Shown: one piece after another, positions 1-12,299 of the stretch
How positions within the stretch are numbered: position 1 is the stretch's first letter
How the letters are laid out: the number at the start of each line of letters is the position of its first letter
Source of the DNA: Octopus vulgaris
Lineage: Eukaryota
Length of the DNA stretch: 64,000 bases
Direction: 5' to 3'
Assembly (NCBI GenBank): GCA_951406725.2
Contig: OX597816.1
Location: 18,662,001 to 18,726,000 of the forward strand
Notes under the pieces: model-generated
Told to the model about the DNA's origin: nothing
Databases searched by the model: none
What the model saw: the letters and a program-made list of their open reading frames with translations, nothing else
Made by a program: the position numbers and the translations under genes

Positions 1-547
1 CCATCATTTAGGTCTAAAGTCCTACCATGATTATTTACATTATTGGTAATGTTACTATTATTGTTAGTATTATTATCAAACTGTATATTGTTGCTATAGA
101 TATCACTGATATTTTCATTCTTTGTATTTTCTCTATTAGCCTTACTTCTATTATTAACATTATTACTTCTATTAGTATCGATATTATTATTACTCTTATT
201 ACTGTTAATATTATTATTAGTCATTCTGTGGTTGCTGATTCCATCCATGTTTTGATAGTTACTATTGTTGCGTTTATTGTTGGTAGTATTGTTATAATTA
301 TTATTGGTATTCATGTTGGTATTATTATTTTTATTTTCATCTTTCCTGGCTAGTTTAATGTTGTTATTATTAATCTTAGCTATTAAAGTGGACATATTTG
401 GGAGGGTTGAATAAGAAATCCTAACTGTTTACTTAGAAATAATTCTATGATATCTATGAGAGATTGGGAAATTTTTTTCTAGAATTACAGTTGAAAGGAA
501 TATTCAGCCATATATCTTTTTTATTAAATTTCCTTGAATTAGAATCA
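1..547 (-). mobile_element. Inverted (fold-back) copy of the PLE segment 591-1174
   Basis: 1-547 is the reverse complement of about 591-1174 with few substitutions and a ~35-bp deletion. ORFs 27..353(+) and 822..1148(-) are near-identical. The spacer is 548-590, and the arm runs off the window edge. Confidence 0.93.
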
Positions 548-1756
548 TCTTAGAATTTGATGAGATGAATACAAATAATTCTACGAACCCTGATTCTAAT
601 TCAAGGAAATTTAATAAAAAAGTTATAATATGGCTGAATATTCCTTTCAACTGTGCGATTCAATCGGATATACAGAGCAAATTCAAAGTAATTCTAGAAA
701 AAATTTCCCAATCTCTCATAGTTATCATAGAATTATTTCTAAGAAAACAGTTAGGATTTCTTATTCAACCCTCCCAAATATGTCCACTTTAATAGCTAAG
801 ATTAATAATAACAACATTAAACTAGCCAGGAAAGATGAAAATAAAAATAATAATACCAACATGAATACCAATAACAATTATAACAATACTACCAACAATA
901 AACGCAACAATAGTAACTATCAAAACATGGATGGAATCAGTAACCACAGAATGACTTATAATAATATTAACAGTAATAAGAGTAATAATAATATCGATAC
1001 TAATAGAAGTAATAATGTTAATAATAGAAGTAAGGCTAATAGAGAAAATACAGAGAATGAAAATATCAGTGATATCTATAGCAACAATATACAGTTTGAT
1101 AATAATACTAACAATAATAGTAACATTACCAATAATGTAAATAATCATGGTAGGACTTTAGACCTAAATGATGGAGCAAAAGGATCAATAAATAATAACA
1201 ATGCTTTAGATAGCAGCACCAACTATATAAATAATAATAATAATAAAGATAATTATACTCATGATAATCAAAATAACAGGAACATAAGACATCTACCCAT
1301 GAATAATCCAACTTCTGAAGTTGTTCCTCCTGCGTGTAAGTGTAGAATTAAGTCAAGATGCCCGGCACCTGGTCTATGCGGGGAAAATAACGTAATCTAT
1401 AAATGTACCATATCTACTGAGAATAACACATTTTTTTACATTGGTTGTACGATAAATTTTAATAAAAGAGTTAGAAATCACGTCTCATCTTTTAGTTACG
1501 TCATAAAGTCGGAACCACCATACTTTCAAGTAAGATCTGGGAACTCAAAAATAATAACAGGAATTATAACCTTAATTGGGAAATAGTTAGGAGAGCAATG
1601 CCGTATAAAAATAACAGGGTTGGTTGCCAACTCTGCTCCATGGAGACCTATGAAATTCTAAGGCATAGAAAAAATAGAGGCTTGTTAAATAACCATATTG
1701 AAGTAGGACAAGTTTGTGTCCACGCTAAATTGAAGACTCTAAAATATTTTAAATGA
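548..1756 (+). mobile_element. Penelope-like retroelement (PLE), 5'-truncated 3' part: post-RT linker plus C-terminal GIY-YIG endonuclease, two frameshifts
   Basis: Joining ORFs 565..792 and 630..1586 and a third frame ending at TGA 1754-1756 gives RKFNKKVIIWLNIPF..HRIISKKTVRISYSTLPNM..CKCRIKSRCPAPGLC..NVIYKC..FYIGCT..KRVRNHVSSF..IWELK..WEIV..PY..CQLC..E..LLN..CVH. This is the PLE linker/GIY-YIG layout. Frameshifts fall near 700 and 1497. The RT core is absent. Confidence 0.88.
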
Positions 1757-2522
1757 ATAACTGTATAGAATAATCGTAACAAGATAGATAGATAAATATA
1801 GCTGGGTTTTTACTAGTATATCATTACTTTTTAAGTAGATAACTGCGAGTTCTCACACTATAGTTATCTTTTTCTTTATAACTGCACATGATTTTGAGCA
1901 TTAGGAAATAAATAGTACTCGTACGTTGCTTAAATGAGGGTTTATTTAATTCTTAAATCTTAATTTTTAATTTTGAACTTAATCTAATTTAGGTAACACA
2001 ACTTTAATAAAATAAGTTACTAAAGCTTCACAATTCTATTACAAATTTAAATAAGTAAGGATACTCCCTTGAAAGTAGTATGAGAAATTTCAATATAATA
2101 GACAATTCCATCACACCTTGTTAACTAAATTCTAAGTTTTGACCGGTAGTCTGTCAATGTATAGATAGTAACGGCAACAATTTTAACACAGTAACAGGAA
2201 TAAATAAATAAATAAATTTAAATGACCTCTTGTTAAGGTTGCACTTAGATTTTTTCTCTTAATGTATTTCCTTTTGACGATAGCTTTTGACCCCTCTACC
2301 CCTGACCTTGTTATCTCTTTAGATTCTCTTTAGATTCATATCTGCTTTCATCTACGTCAGGTTGGTAGTAAATAGCTGTTTTACTGGTCAAAAATAATTT
2401 TCTCCTCATAGTTCCTGGATTCTTACAGATTCAAACTAACCAGGCCGTCTACAAATTCTTCTGTAGTTGGTCACCTTAGAACCCCCCTCCCTCTAAGTTG
2501 TCACAGAATACTCTATATAGGC

Positions 2523-2706
2523 GTCTTTTCTTTTCTCCCTTCTTTCCCTTTTTTCTTTTTCTTTTTCTTTTCTTCTCCCCGTTTTTCTTTTTTCTTTTTT
2601 CTTTTTTCTTTTTTTCCTTTTCTTTTCCTTTTTTCTTCTTCTTTTCCTTTTTCTTTTTCTTTTTTCCTTGTCTCTTTTCTTCTTCTTCCTTTCTTTTCTT
2701 TTCTTT
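2523..2706. repeat. Polypyrimidine (T/C) low-complexity tract
   Basis: Almost pure T/C run, which explains the K/E/R-rich and F-rich ORFs. Confidence 0.95.
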
Positions 2707-2854
2707 GCTCCACAAAAAAATGCCGTCAGCTTTTAGAAGTCATAACATAGCAGTTTTGCGTGGAGAACAGTAATGTGGCAAATACCTTATCATATAGCAT
2801 GAAATGATTGTGGATTAACCATGGATAAATTCATCGTCTGTGAGTATGAAATTC

Positions 2855-3058
2855 CTTCTCATATCTCTGGAAATTTAAATCTACACTACGGATTAATTCA
2901 CCTTTTCTGTGAAGCTAATAAGCTTTTAAAAACCTGTGATAAGTCTGTGCATCATCCTCCTCATATCTCTGGAAATTTAAATCTACACTACAGATTAATT
3001 CACCTTCTTTGTGAAGCTAATAAGCTTTTAAGAACCTGTGATAAGACTGTGCATCATC
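2855..3058 (+). repeat. Tandem duplication, 102-bp period, 2 copies
   Basis: ctcatatctctggaaatttaaatctacactac...gtgcatcatc starts at 2858 and again at 2960. Confidence 0.92.
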
Positions 3059-3171
3059 ATTAAGGAACTTTGGAAATCTGTTTGCAACCTAAATCTGCCT
3101 TTAATGAAATTATCTCCAATACTTCATGAGTATAGCCTCACCCGCTAAGATGTTTGGAGAACTCATATGTA

Positions 3172-3262
3172 TTTTAGCTGATGAGTACGGGACACTTTTA
3201 TCTGCTGCAATTTTTGCAACTTGTAATAAAGCCTGTCTTTGTATGAAACAATTGTACTAAAA
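3172..3262 (+). ncRNA. Type I hammerhead ribozyme, extended stem II, loop III AAUU
   Basis: Stem I UUUUAG/CUAAAA; CUGAUGA 3178-3184; stem II GUACGGGACA..UGUCUUUGUAU; GAAA 3245-3248; stem III AC-AAUU-GU; cleavage triplet GUA ending 3256. Confidence 0.82.
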
Positions 3263-3413
3263 ACTAATCCATTCTTGTTGCTTCTTTCTCGTTTATAATC
3301 GCCCCACATTACTGTATGGTTAACACCATATAGTTTTCCGGTGCATCTAAGTTAAGTACCACATTCAAGTAAATTCATTGGAATTGACTTGAATCTTAAT
3401 TGCTTTGATTGTA

Positions 3414-3467
<54 letters not shown>

Positions 3468-3469
<2 letters not shown>

Positions 3470-3885
3470 CGCAGGAGTGTCTGTGTGGTAAGTAGCTTAC
3501 TAACCAGCCACATGGTTCTGGGTTCAGTGCCACTGCGTGGTATCTAGGGCAAATGTCTTCTGCTATAGCCCCGGGCCGACCAATGCCTTGTGAGTGGATT
3601 TGGTAGACGGAAACTGAAAGAAGCCTGTCGTATATATATATATATATATATATATGTGTTTGTGTGTATGTATATGTTTGTGTGTCTCTGTTTCTCCCTC
3701 TAGCATTGCTTGACAACCAATGCTAGTGTGTTTACGTCCCCGTCACTTAGCGGTTCGGCAAAAGAGACCGATAGCATAAGTACTGGGCTTACAAAGAATA
3801 AGTCCCGGGGTTGATTTGCTCGACTAAAGGCGGTGCTCCAGCATGGCCGCAGTTAAATGACTGAAACAAGTAAAACAGTAAAATA
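3468..3885 (+). mobile_element. tRNA-derived SINE family A (CORE-like central motif), full length
   Basis: Head ggcgcaggagtg..tggtaag..gggttcagt, central gggcaaatgtcttc, internal (TA)n/(TG)n, tail gactgaaacaagtaaaa. Many similar copies occur in the window. Confidence 0.9.
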
Positions 3886-4036
3886 GCATATATATTATGG
3901 AGATGTACTTGCATAGCAAGTGACCAGATCTGAGATCGTGTGCTGGAACGAAAACAATCGCAGCGTGGAAGGTGTTTATAAGCCATTTAAGAAACACACA
4001 AAAACTGTTAGATTCACTTCAAAATTTAAATTTAAC

Positions 4037-4085
4037 TTGTCAAAATATTTTCGTCGCTTTGTGACCGCGACCTGTTCACTAACAA
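4037..4085 (-). ncRNA. Minimal hammerhead-like motif with compensatory G3:C8 core
   Basis: Minus strand reads UUGUUA GUGAACA G GUCGC ggucacaaa GCGAC GAAA AUAUUU UGACAA: stems I and II pair and the stem III region is the palindrome AAAAUAUUUU. Confidence 0.62.
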
Positions 4086-4109
4086 AATTCTGTACCCAAT
4101 TTCTCTCTA

Positions 4110-4328
4110 TAAGGCTTCAGTCGGTCCGAGGGTATAGTAGAACACATTTGTACAAGGTGGAATGCAGTAGAACTGAACCCAGTTCCATGAGGCTGGGAAG
4201 TAAGCTTGTTACTAGTCAGTGACGCTTCGGCTTAAACATATGTGTGTATGTGTGCGTGTCGTTATATACTCTTTTACTCTTTTACTTGTTTCAGCCATCC
4301 GGCTGAGGCCATGCTGGGGCACCGCCCT
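4110..4328 (-). mobile_element. Two degenerate SINE family A fragments (head 4110-4230, tail 4267-4328)
   Basis: Reverse-complement similarity to 3468-3885, for example tactcttttactcttttacttgtttcag. Confidence 0.7.
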
Positions 4329-5300
4329 TGTATAATATGTATAATTGTTTGTGCATTTTTTTTTCTGTGTATGTGCCAGATATATCAACAACCATCATAA
4401 TTTGTAAGAGCTCTGTATGTGAACAGAATATACAGCCGCAACGATTATTGGTACGATGTCGTATTGTTAAGCACACGTCTTCCAGTTTCAATAGGAATTA
4501 AGAAGCACAGCATAAACCAGAGTTCGTAGGTCGTATCGTTTAACTCGTTAATCAAACTTCTCTGTCCATGGATGATTAGCTATTCAGAATTCATGTATAT
4601 TAAAGTGTTGCTTGTATTCTTTCATGGTATTTATCAGTTGAGGTAAATTTACCTAACCTTTCACTTACACACGATCTCATTAGTATATGTATCTGTTGTA
4701 ATTTTAATTATTTCTTTTATTGGTCACAGATTCCTGTGACGTTGAGGACAGTACATAAATGAAACACAAAGCCAAAATCAGAATAGGGAAATTACAGCGA
4801 TTAGAGTTTTCTCTTTAACAGTAACAATAAATTCATAGCAATAGGTAAGGAAACATTAATATCAAATACCATGTAAAATAGAATTAGAAGTAAAGCCTAC
4901 AAAATGGACTGAGTTGGTGCAATTCACTAAGACCATAAGTAGATCCATTTGGCAACAATTTCACCAACATCTTACGTTATATTTTCTAGAATGCAGAAAA
5001 CACCCGTCTGTGACATATCTACATGAAACCGTTTCACAATTTCTTTCTCCCTTGACACACATTATCATTGACCGAACTTTGTACTGTAAGGTTAATTCTG
5101 TGTATATAAAAAAAAATTATTAATTATTAATTTTCCCGTAGTTTTACTATTCAGGCACCACATAAATAGGATGCGAGTATATATATTTTCCTTTCAGACT
5201 ATTTTGTTTTCCTAATTAGAATTATTTAATGTGTGAGAGCGACTATGCTAGCAATGAGAAAAATCTTTCATGCCTGAGGGGTGAAGACGTAAAAAAAATT

Positions 5301-5708
5301 CGCAGGTATGTCTGTGTGGTAAGTATCTTGCTTACCAGCCACATGGTTCCGGGTTCATTCCCACTGTGTGGTATCTTGTCTTCTACTATAGACACGGACC
5401 GACCAATGCCTTGTGAGTGGATTTGATTGACGGAAATTGAAAGAAGTCGTCATATATATATGTATATATATGTACGTGTGTATGTGTTTCTGTGTCTGTG
5501 TTTATCCACACCAACATCGCTTGACAACCGATGCTGGTGTGTTTACGTCAACGGAACTTAGCAGTTCGGCAAAAGAGCCCGATAAAGTAAGTACTAGGCT
5601 TCTAAATAATAAGTCCTGGGGTCGATTTGCTCGTCTAAAGGTGGTGCTCCATTTTGGCTGCAGTGAAATGATTGAAATAAGTAAAAGAGCAAAAAAGAAT
5701 AAAAGATA
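5301..5708 (+). mobile_element. SINE family A
   Basis: Colinear with 3468-3885. Confidence 0.88.
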
Positions 5709-7034
5709 AAAAATGTGCAAAGCAGAATTTTGTCGACAATTTATAGATCTGTGGTCTAGTCTAGTAATGTTATTCCGAAGCATTATGCTTCATTATACCA
5801 CATATTTTATTAAGCGCATAGCGTGTTCTTTGAAGACCAGAAGAAAGTAGCAAAAATGGTTAAGTTTTAAATGAATAGATCTTACTAAGAGTCAAGAAAG
5901 TGGAGGCTACCACGTTCGATGCTTTATATTCAGAGACATTCATGTAGAGTTTCTTCTAAAATACATTCCCAATTTTGCTATATTGCAGAAATTATTTTGT
6001 TCTTGAAATTGATGCTGGAATTTAATCTTTATATTTCTGGCTATATACGTCTCATATGTTTTATTATTGCTAAATTAATTAGATCGAGCTAAAGCTCACA
6101 TTTTAATTAATTTTTTTAGTTGTATGTTTTCCGTTTATATTACCCTTAATATCTTGGGCTCATGTGGTCATTCCATGAAATGATTACTAATTATGGGTTT
6201 TAGAATTGTTGTGGATGTTGCAGTAGTAATCATTGCTGTTCTTGTCACTGTTACCACTACTGACGCAATGGATGGGCAGAATCTTTAGATCGTCAGAGAA
6301 AACTCTCTTCAGAATTTTTTCTGCTTCACACTCTAAGTTCTACTCTCGCTGACGTCAATGTTGTCTTCATTTCTCTCACTCAAAAGAATAATGGATCAGT
6401 CTAAGAACTCCATCTTTGGCATGAAGTTAATCCCACATATCTCCTCTAGGCAAAGTTTTTGTCCTTATATATTAATTGAGAGAAAATTGCATTATTTTTC
6501 TTCTTTGCCTTTCTGTTTACCGGGTGTTTATTCTTAATTTTCAAACAGTTTTCAACGTTATTTCTGAATAATGAAAAAAAGAATTTAAACAGTACTCATT
6601 CATTACTACATAATATCAGACTATCCCCGTATGAGACTATCGACTTCAAGTTTTATATGAAGCTAGTAAAATACAATTCTCCTTGTGTATTATTTCATTC
6701 AATTATCAATTGTTTGTTTATATAATGTTGATCATGAAAAAATGCTTTGTAAATAATTTGTTTACTGGACGTATTTTCTATTATTTCATAAGAGTCACAT
6801 AATGAACTTTACGGCGCTGAGTGCTTTGCAAATACAACGCAAATAATGAGGCTACCTAGATATTTCTGTAAGAAAAAGACAGGTAAATGACAGTAAGTGT
6901 TGATTAATTTATGGGTGACATTTGAAGGCATTCTTAATATGACAGCATCTCAGGAGAACAAATTCTACTTCAAGCTTTTACACATTTGTTCTCTTTAGGT
7001 GAGATCATATTATCAGATAAATTTTTCTAAGATT

Positions 7035-7165
7035 GCGCAGGTGTTCCTGTGTAGTAATAATTTTGCTTCCCAAACAAATGGTTCAGCTTCACTGCATAGC
7101 AACTCGGGCAAATATATTCTACTATAGCTTCGACCGAACAGAATCTTGTGGGTGGATTTGGCATG
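7035..7165 (-). mobile_element. SINE family A, degenerate head fragment (orientation uncertain)
   Basis: gcgcaggtg..ttctactatagcttcgaccgaac..ttgtgggtggatttgg matches the family A head region. Confidence 0.5.
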
Positions 7166-7899
7166 AAAGAGTTTTATTTTCATATTTAAACGTTTCCCCT
7201 GCACGAATTCAAAAGTTAAATAAGTCTATGTTTATATACATAGAAATACATAAATATTCATAATTCGACACATACACAAAACACAAACACACACACATTT
7301 ACACATATTTGTCCAATTCATCAATCATTTTTGTTTTAAATTTATTTGAAACGATTCGATCTATGTCTGCCCTCTTATATCTCTAATGAATTATATCAAA
7401 ACAGAGATGTTAGTCGTAAATTATCTATTAGACTGAAGGATATGTTATGTGGATTCCTAAATCAAGTACAAAAATAATCTCTCGCTGTATCGGTGCAATA
7501 ACTTTCAGGCCAATTAGAGCTATTGCCGCTAAGTTGACCATAAATCAATACAATTAAATAAGAGCCAAAATTCACAGCATATTGTGTTATATATATATGT
7601 ATATATATTATTCACTCTTACGGTACGATTAGATTTATGTCCTGCTATGGGAATTGAACGGTTGTAAAGACAGGCTTATAAGCATGCCCAGAGAAATTTG
7701 GAAATCATCGATTTATTTTCCAATATATTGAATAGAAAATTTCACACATTTTCAGCTCATAAATCGGGAATAGATTTTTAAAAAAATTAATTCTCCACAG
7801 GTCATATCACACTCACCCACTCTTTCTCTTTTATGTACATTTGTGTCCTTTGTATATGCATACACACGCACACATATATAGATACGAATAGATATATAT

Positions 7900-7957
<58 letters not shown>

Positions 7958-8115
7958 ATTTAGGGTACTACTATTCGTAGATACCAACACGCTAAGTACC
8001 CTCAATATAATATAAATGAATATTTTCAAAGAGGAAGAATTTACGGATTTTTTCTCTTACGAGGTTTTTCACGCTGACTACTGATAATTTCTTTTAAAGA
8101 TTTTATCCTCAATTG

Positions 8116-8199
<84 letters not shown>

Positions 8200-8534
8200 A
8201 TATATAGTCATTACAGATATAGGGTGAAATATAGTTAATTTGATAAAATGAGCAAATTTCACATAGCAGTATTTCGGTCTGGAAAAGGACCATATTCGAT
8301 AAAAATTTATATAATTATAATAATAAGGGTTTTCTGCAACAAGTTGCTTAACCACATACCGAAAATTTCTAAAATTTTCGGCAACATATATATATATATA
8401 TATATATATTTCGCAGTATCGACCAGACGATCAGATGTTGTTTTACATCGCTAGTCACAATCCGCTTCTAATTCTGTCTTGATTGTGCCGTTGTTTTCTC
8501 ATTTACCCAAAGTTCTGTTGAAAAGAAAAGAAGG

Positions 8535-8599
<65 letters not shown>

Positions 8600-9874
8600 A
8601 TATATATATAAATATATATAGATGTATAAACATATAGGTAAATGCTTGTATATATACGTGTATGTGTGTTTGTGTGTGTATGTGTAATCATATATCATAT
8701 AAGTTTATGCCTTTTTTTATTGACATAAATTTAAAATGTGATATGGCTAAGTTGTTTGTCTATGCGTGATGGGCGTCTGTGTATTCTGTATAAACCGCAC
8801 AACAAATACTAATCGGAAGATGTTTATATATATTTATTCAAAAAAAAAAAAGAAAAGAAAAGAAAAACATTGCATACCACTGAGTGTATATAGCATTCGC
8901 TTTCAGATACTTCTAACAGGAAACATATGTCGCATTATTGATACCAAAGAACAATTCCAAAGCCCGAATAGCCTCCTCGGTCTAAAAAGAATAATTTGTA
9001 GAACTAATTCGTTATCCTTAGTAATAGATAGTACTTTGGTACCTTCAGCTAGAATAGAACCCTTATTCCTATAGAGAAACACTACTAACATTTTAGAAGT
9101 GTGTGATAACGCTTCTAATGTTTGAATTTAATTAGTAAAAGGACCCAAAGTATGTTGAAACTGATAATGTGTACATTTATACGTTCGCACAGTTTTGCAC
9201 ACTAGGATATGAATAGTAATCATTGCAGTATTTTGATCTCAAAACAAAACTTTTTCCTATAGTTTTACGCTTGAAATCAATTCATTCGCGAATTATCATC
9301 TGTGTTTTGGTGTGTTCTTACTGTATCCGAGATAGACACAACGTTGTGTATACGAACCTATACAAGTGCTTCCATTTCTGTACAAAGTGCAGGAAAGAAT
9401 ACATTTTCTTGAATGTGATAAGGCTTCTCAAGATTCAGCTAATTCATTATAACTACACGAAGGAAGAAAATTGTTATTCGAGCGAATAACCCAACAGCTA
9501 CTGTCATTGGTACATAGGTAACGCTAAAGCCAGACACTCATGTATATGAGCCCCCCTACGCTTACACTGCGTATGCTGAATAAATTCTTTTTTCATGCAT
9601 CGGCACACACCAGCTCATGATTTATTTCTAGTTTTCTATGGAGGGATGGAAATTCATGTCTAGACCCATATCACTATATCTTTATGTAGTTTCCGAAGGG
9701 CGAAATTGCATCGAAACATTTTGTCTGGTACTAATCTGACGACATAAATTTGCATTGTTCATGTCCAAAAATTTATAGGTAGAAATTTTTCTCAGAAACA
9801 AAACGCTGAATGTTTAGATATATTTCTTTCGAATTTCTCTCGTTAGTAACATAGCTTATGCATTCTATGAGCCC

Positions 9875-9937
<63 letters not shown>
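9875..9937. repeat. (ATC)n microsatellite
   Basis: Perfect cat/atc run, source of the poly-M and poly-D ORFs. Confidence 0.97.
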
Positions 9938-9938
<1 letters not shown>

Positions 9939-9992
9939 TTCATATAAGAACGATCTCTTAGATACATATGAAGAGAAAGAGAGAGAGAGAGA

Positions 9993-10131
9993 GAGGAGTG
10001 GCAATGTGGTAAATAGCTTGCTTACTAACCACATTTTCAGTCCCACTGCATGGCATCTTGGGAAAGTGTCTTCTACTATAGCCTCGGGCCGACGAAAGCC
10101 TTGTGAACGGAAGCCCGTCGCATATATATAC

Positions 10132-10191
<60 letters not shown>

Positions 10192-10300
10192 GTGTGTGTG
10201 TGTGTCTGTCTGTCACCCCAACATCGCTTGAGAACTGACGCTGGTGTGTTTATTTCCCCGTAACTTAGCGGTTTGGTGGCATGCAAATGACTGAAATAGA
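9993..10300 (+). mobile_element. SINE family A with internal deletions
   Basis: aggagtggcaatgtggtaa..tcttctactatagcctcgggccgac..gactgaaata. Confidence 0.82.
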
Positions 10301-10726
10301 TTAAAGAAAAAAAATACATACACACACACTCACGTGTTTGGTGGTGTCCAATATTGCCAACATGGATTAGCTTGCATTATCAATAACAGACACTGTACTT
10401 TAGACAATTCCACAGATATGCTTTAATCTTTGTTCTACAAAATTACTTTTTATTCAGCCAAATTCAAATATATACCAGGAATAAACTATGAGCTGTAAAA
10501 TTTCTATTTCCAGCTACTTGCAGTTGTATGCGATTCCATATATGTTTGTGAATGGAATCACATATTTTTGATCCCCAATCTTTTAGCTGAATGCATGTTT
10601 ATACGATCGTTATTCTCTCCCTTTACTCTTTCCCCTGTTATTCTGCAATATAATCAACGTCGTCATTATCGTTATTTACAAATTGACCAATAAGAAAGTT
10701 GTTAATATTTGAAATATTATTCTTAC

Positions 10727-10783
<57 letters not shown>

Positions 10784-10892
10784 TTAGTAATAGTTTAAGT
10801 ATTACTACTCTGATAATCATTACTATGAGTATCATAGCCAATAATAATGATGTTTCTGTGAATAATAATAACATAAGAAAGGCGGTGATGGA

Positions 10893-11190
10893 GGGGCAAC
10901 GGTCCCGTGGTTAGGGCAGCGGACTCGAGGTCGGAGAATCGCTTTTCGATTCCCAGACCCGACGTTGTGTGTGTTTATTGAGCGAAAACACCTAAGGCTC
11001 CACGAGGTTCTGGCATGGGGTGGTGGTGACCCCTGTTTTACTCTTTCGCCCCAAATTTCTTTCTGTATTTCGTCCTGTTTCTTGAGTGACGCTGCGATGG
11101 ACAGGCGTCCAGACCAGCTGGGGGGAACACATACGCCATAGAAACCGGGAAACCGGGCCCATGAGCCTGACTAGCCTTGAAAAGGGCGAA
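10893..11190 (+). mobile_element. tRNA(Arg)-like SINE family C
   Basis: ggggcaacggtcccgtggttagggcagcggactcgaggtc..ttcgattccc head with A/B-box-like motifs, followed by gtgtttattgagcgaaaacacctaa shared with 15357 and 48140. Confidence 0.85.
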
Positions 11191-11199
11191 GGAAGAAAG

Positions 11200-11405
11200 A
11201 AAGGCGGTGAACCGTGAGACATGTTACCTCTCTGGGGTAAATGTTTAGCGACATTTCTACGGTGTGTGTATTGTGATTTCAAATTACCCACAGGACGTGG
11301 TTACCTTTCATCATTTCGGGGTGTTTAAAATAAGTACCAGCTAGGCACATTTACCAATCAACCTCTCTCCCGAAAACACTGGGCTTGTGCCAAAGATTGA
11401 AACCA
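11200..11405 (+). mobile_element. SINE family B, degenerate
   Basis: aaggcggtga.. head and cctttcatcatttcggggtg..taagtaccag central motif. Confidence 0.65.
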
Positions 11406-12299
11406 ATATTAATAACATAATTACTACATTTATGAATATTTGTATTATAAATATCATTCGTAAGTGTCATTATTACTTTGACGATATTAATACTACTTGA
11501 GATGTGTTGTCTACATGAATAACACCATTTAATATTAATTTAATTAATAGTAACATCTTGGCTATCTTAATTGCTTTCTTTATCAATGAGTTCATAATTT
11601 TTCTAATCGTTTTCATAATGATTACCGATAATGAGTTTAATATCATGCTATATAACTATAGCTGAATGAATAGTTAGATATCTAAGGAATCGTATTACAG
11701 CTTAAATTGCTTGTTTAGAAAGTGGTTTACCTTTTTTCTTGCTATTAATCTGGTATTACTTTATAACATGTGCATATAATATGAAATTACTTCCATTACT
11801 GTTTAGTAAGATGGGCAAAGGAAGATTATACATTATGAATGTTACAGAAAAAAGAAAAAAAAATGATTTTCATGCCGAAATTTTGCTGTTTGACGCTTAT
11901 TAGGTCAGACTGGCTCTATAATAGAATAAAAGATGTTTCTTTTTTTTTTCTCAGAAAAGAAATAATCCCCGACGAAATGGATTAAATACACTATTTCTAT
12001 CAGTATAGTAACTGCAATAAGATCTGCTGCAATGCACATACTTCACCTAGATGAATGTAGAACACAGGATGTTAAATTTCTCATTGTCAGTTTTCAGTAT
12101 TCGATGTTGTTTACTGGTACTGTATAGACTTTTTTCTTTTTATTTCTGTATGTGAAACTTTAGGAATGACCTTTCAGTAACTGCTCTCTGAAAGTTCCTT
12201 TGCACATGCTGCTGTATGATGTAAGAGGTAGTGCGTTTCTTCAGATCAAGTTCTTTAGTCCATACGTAAGGGGAATATTACACATGAACAAAAAAACTA

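Noticed and set aside
27-353. 108-aa Ile-rich ORF and its twin 822..1148(-)
   Set aside because: Antisense reading of the Asn-rich PLE tract, duplicated by the inversion; not a membrane protein gene.
2476-2773. Lys/Glu-rich and Phe-rich ORFs
   Set aside because: Products of the polypyrimidine tract.
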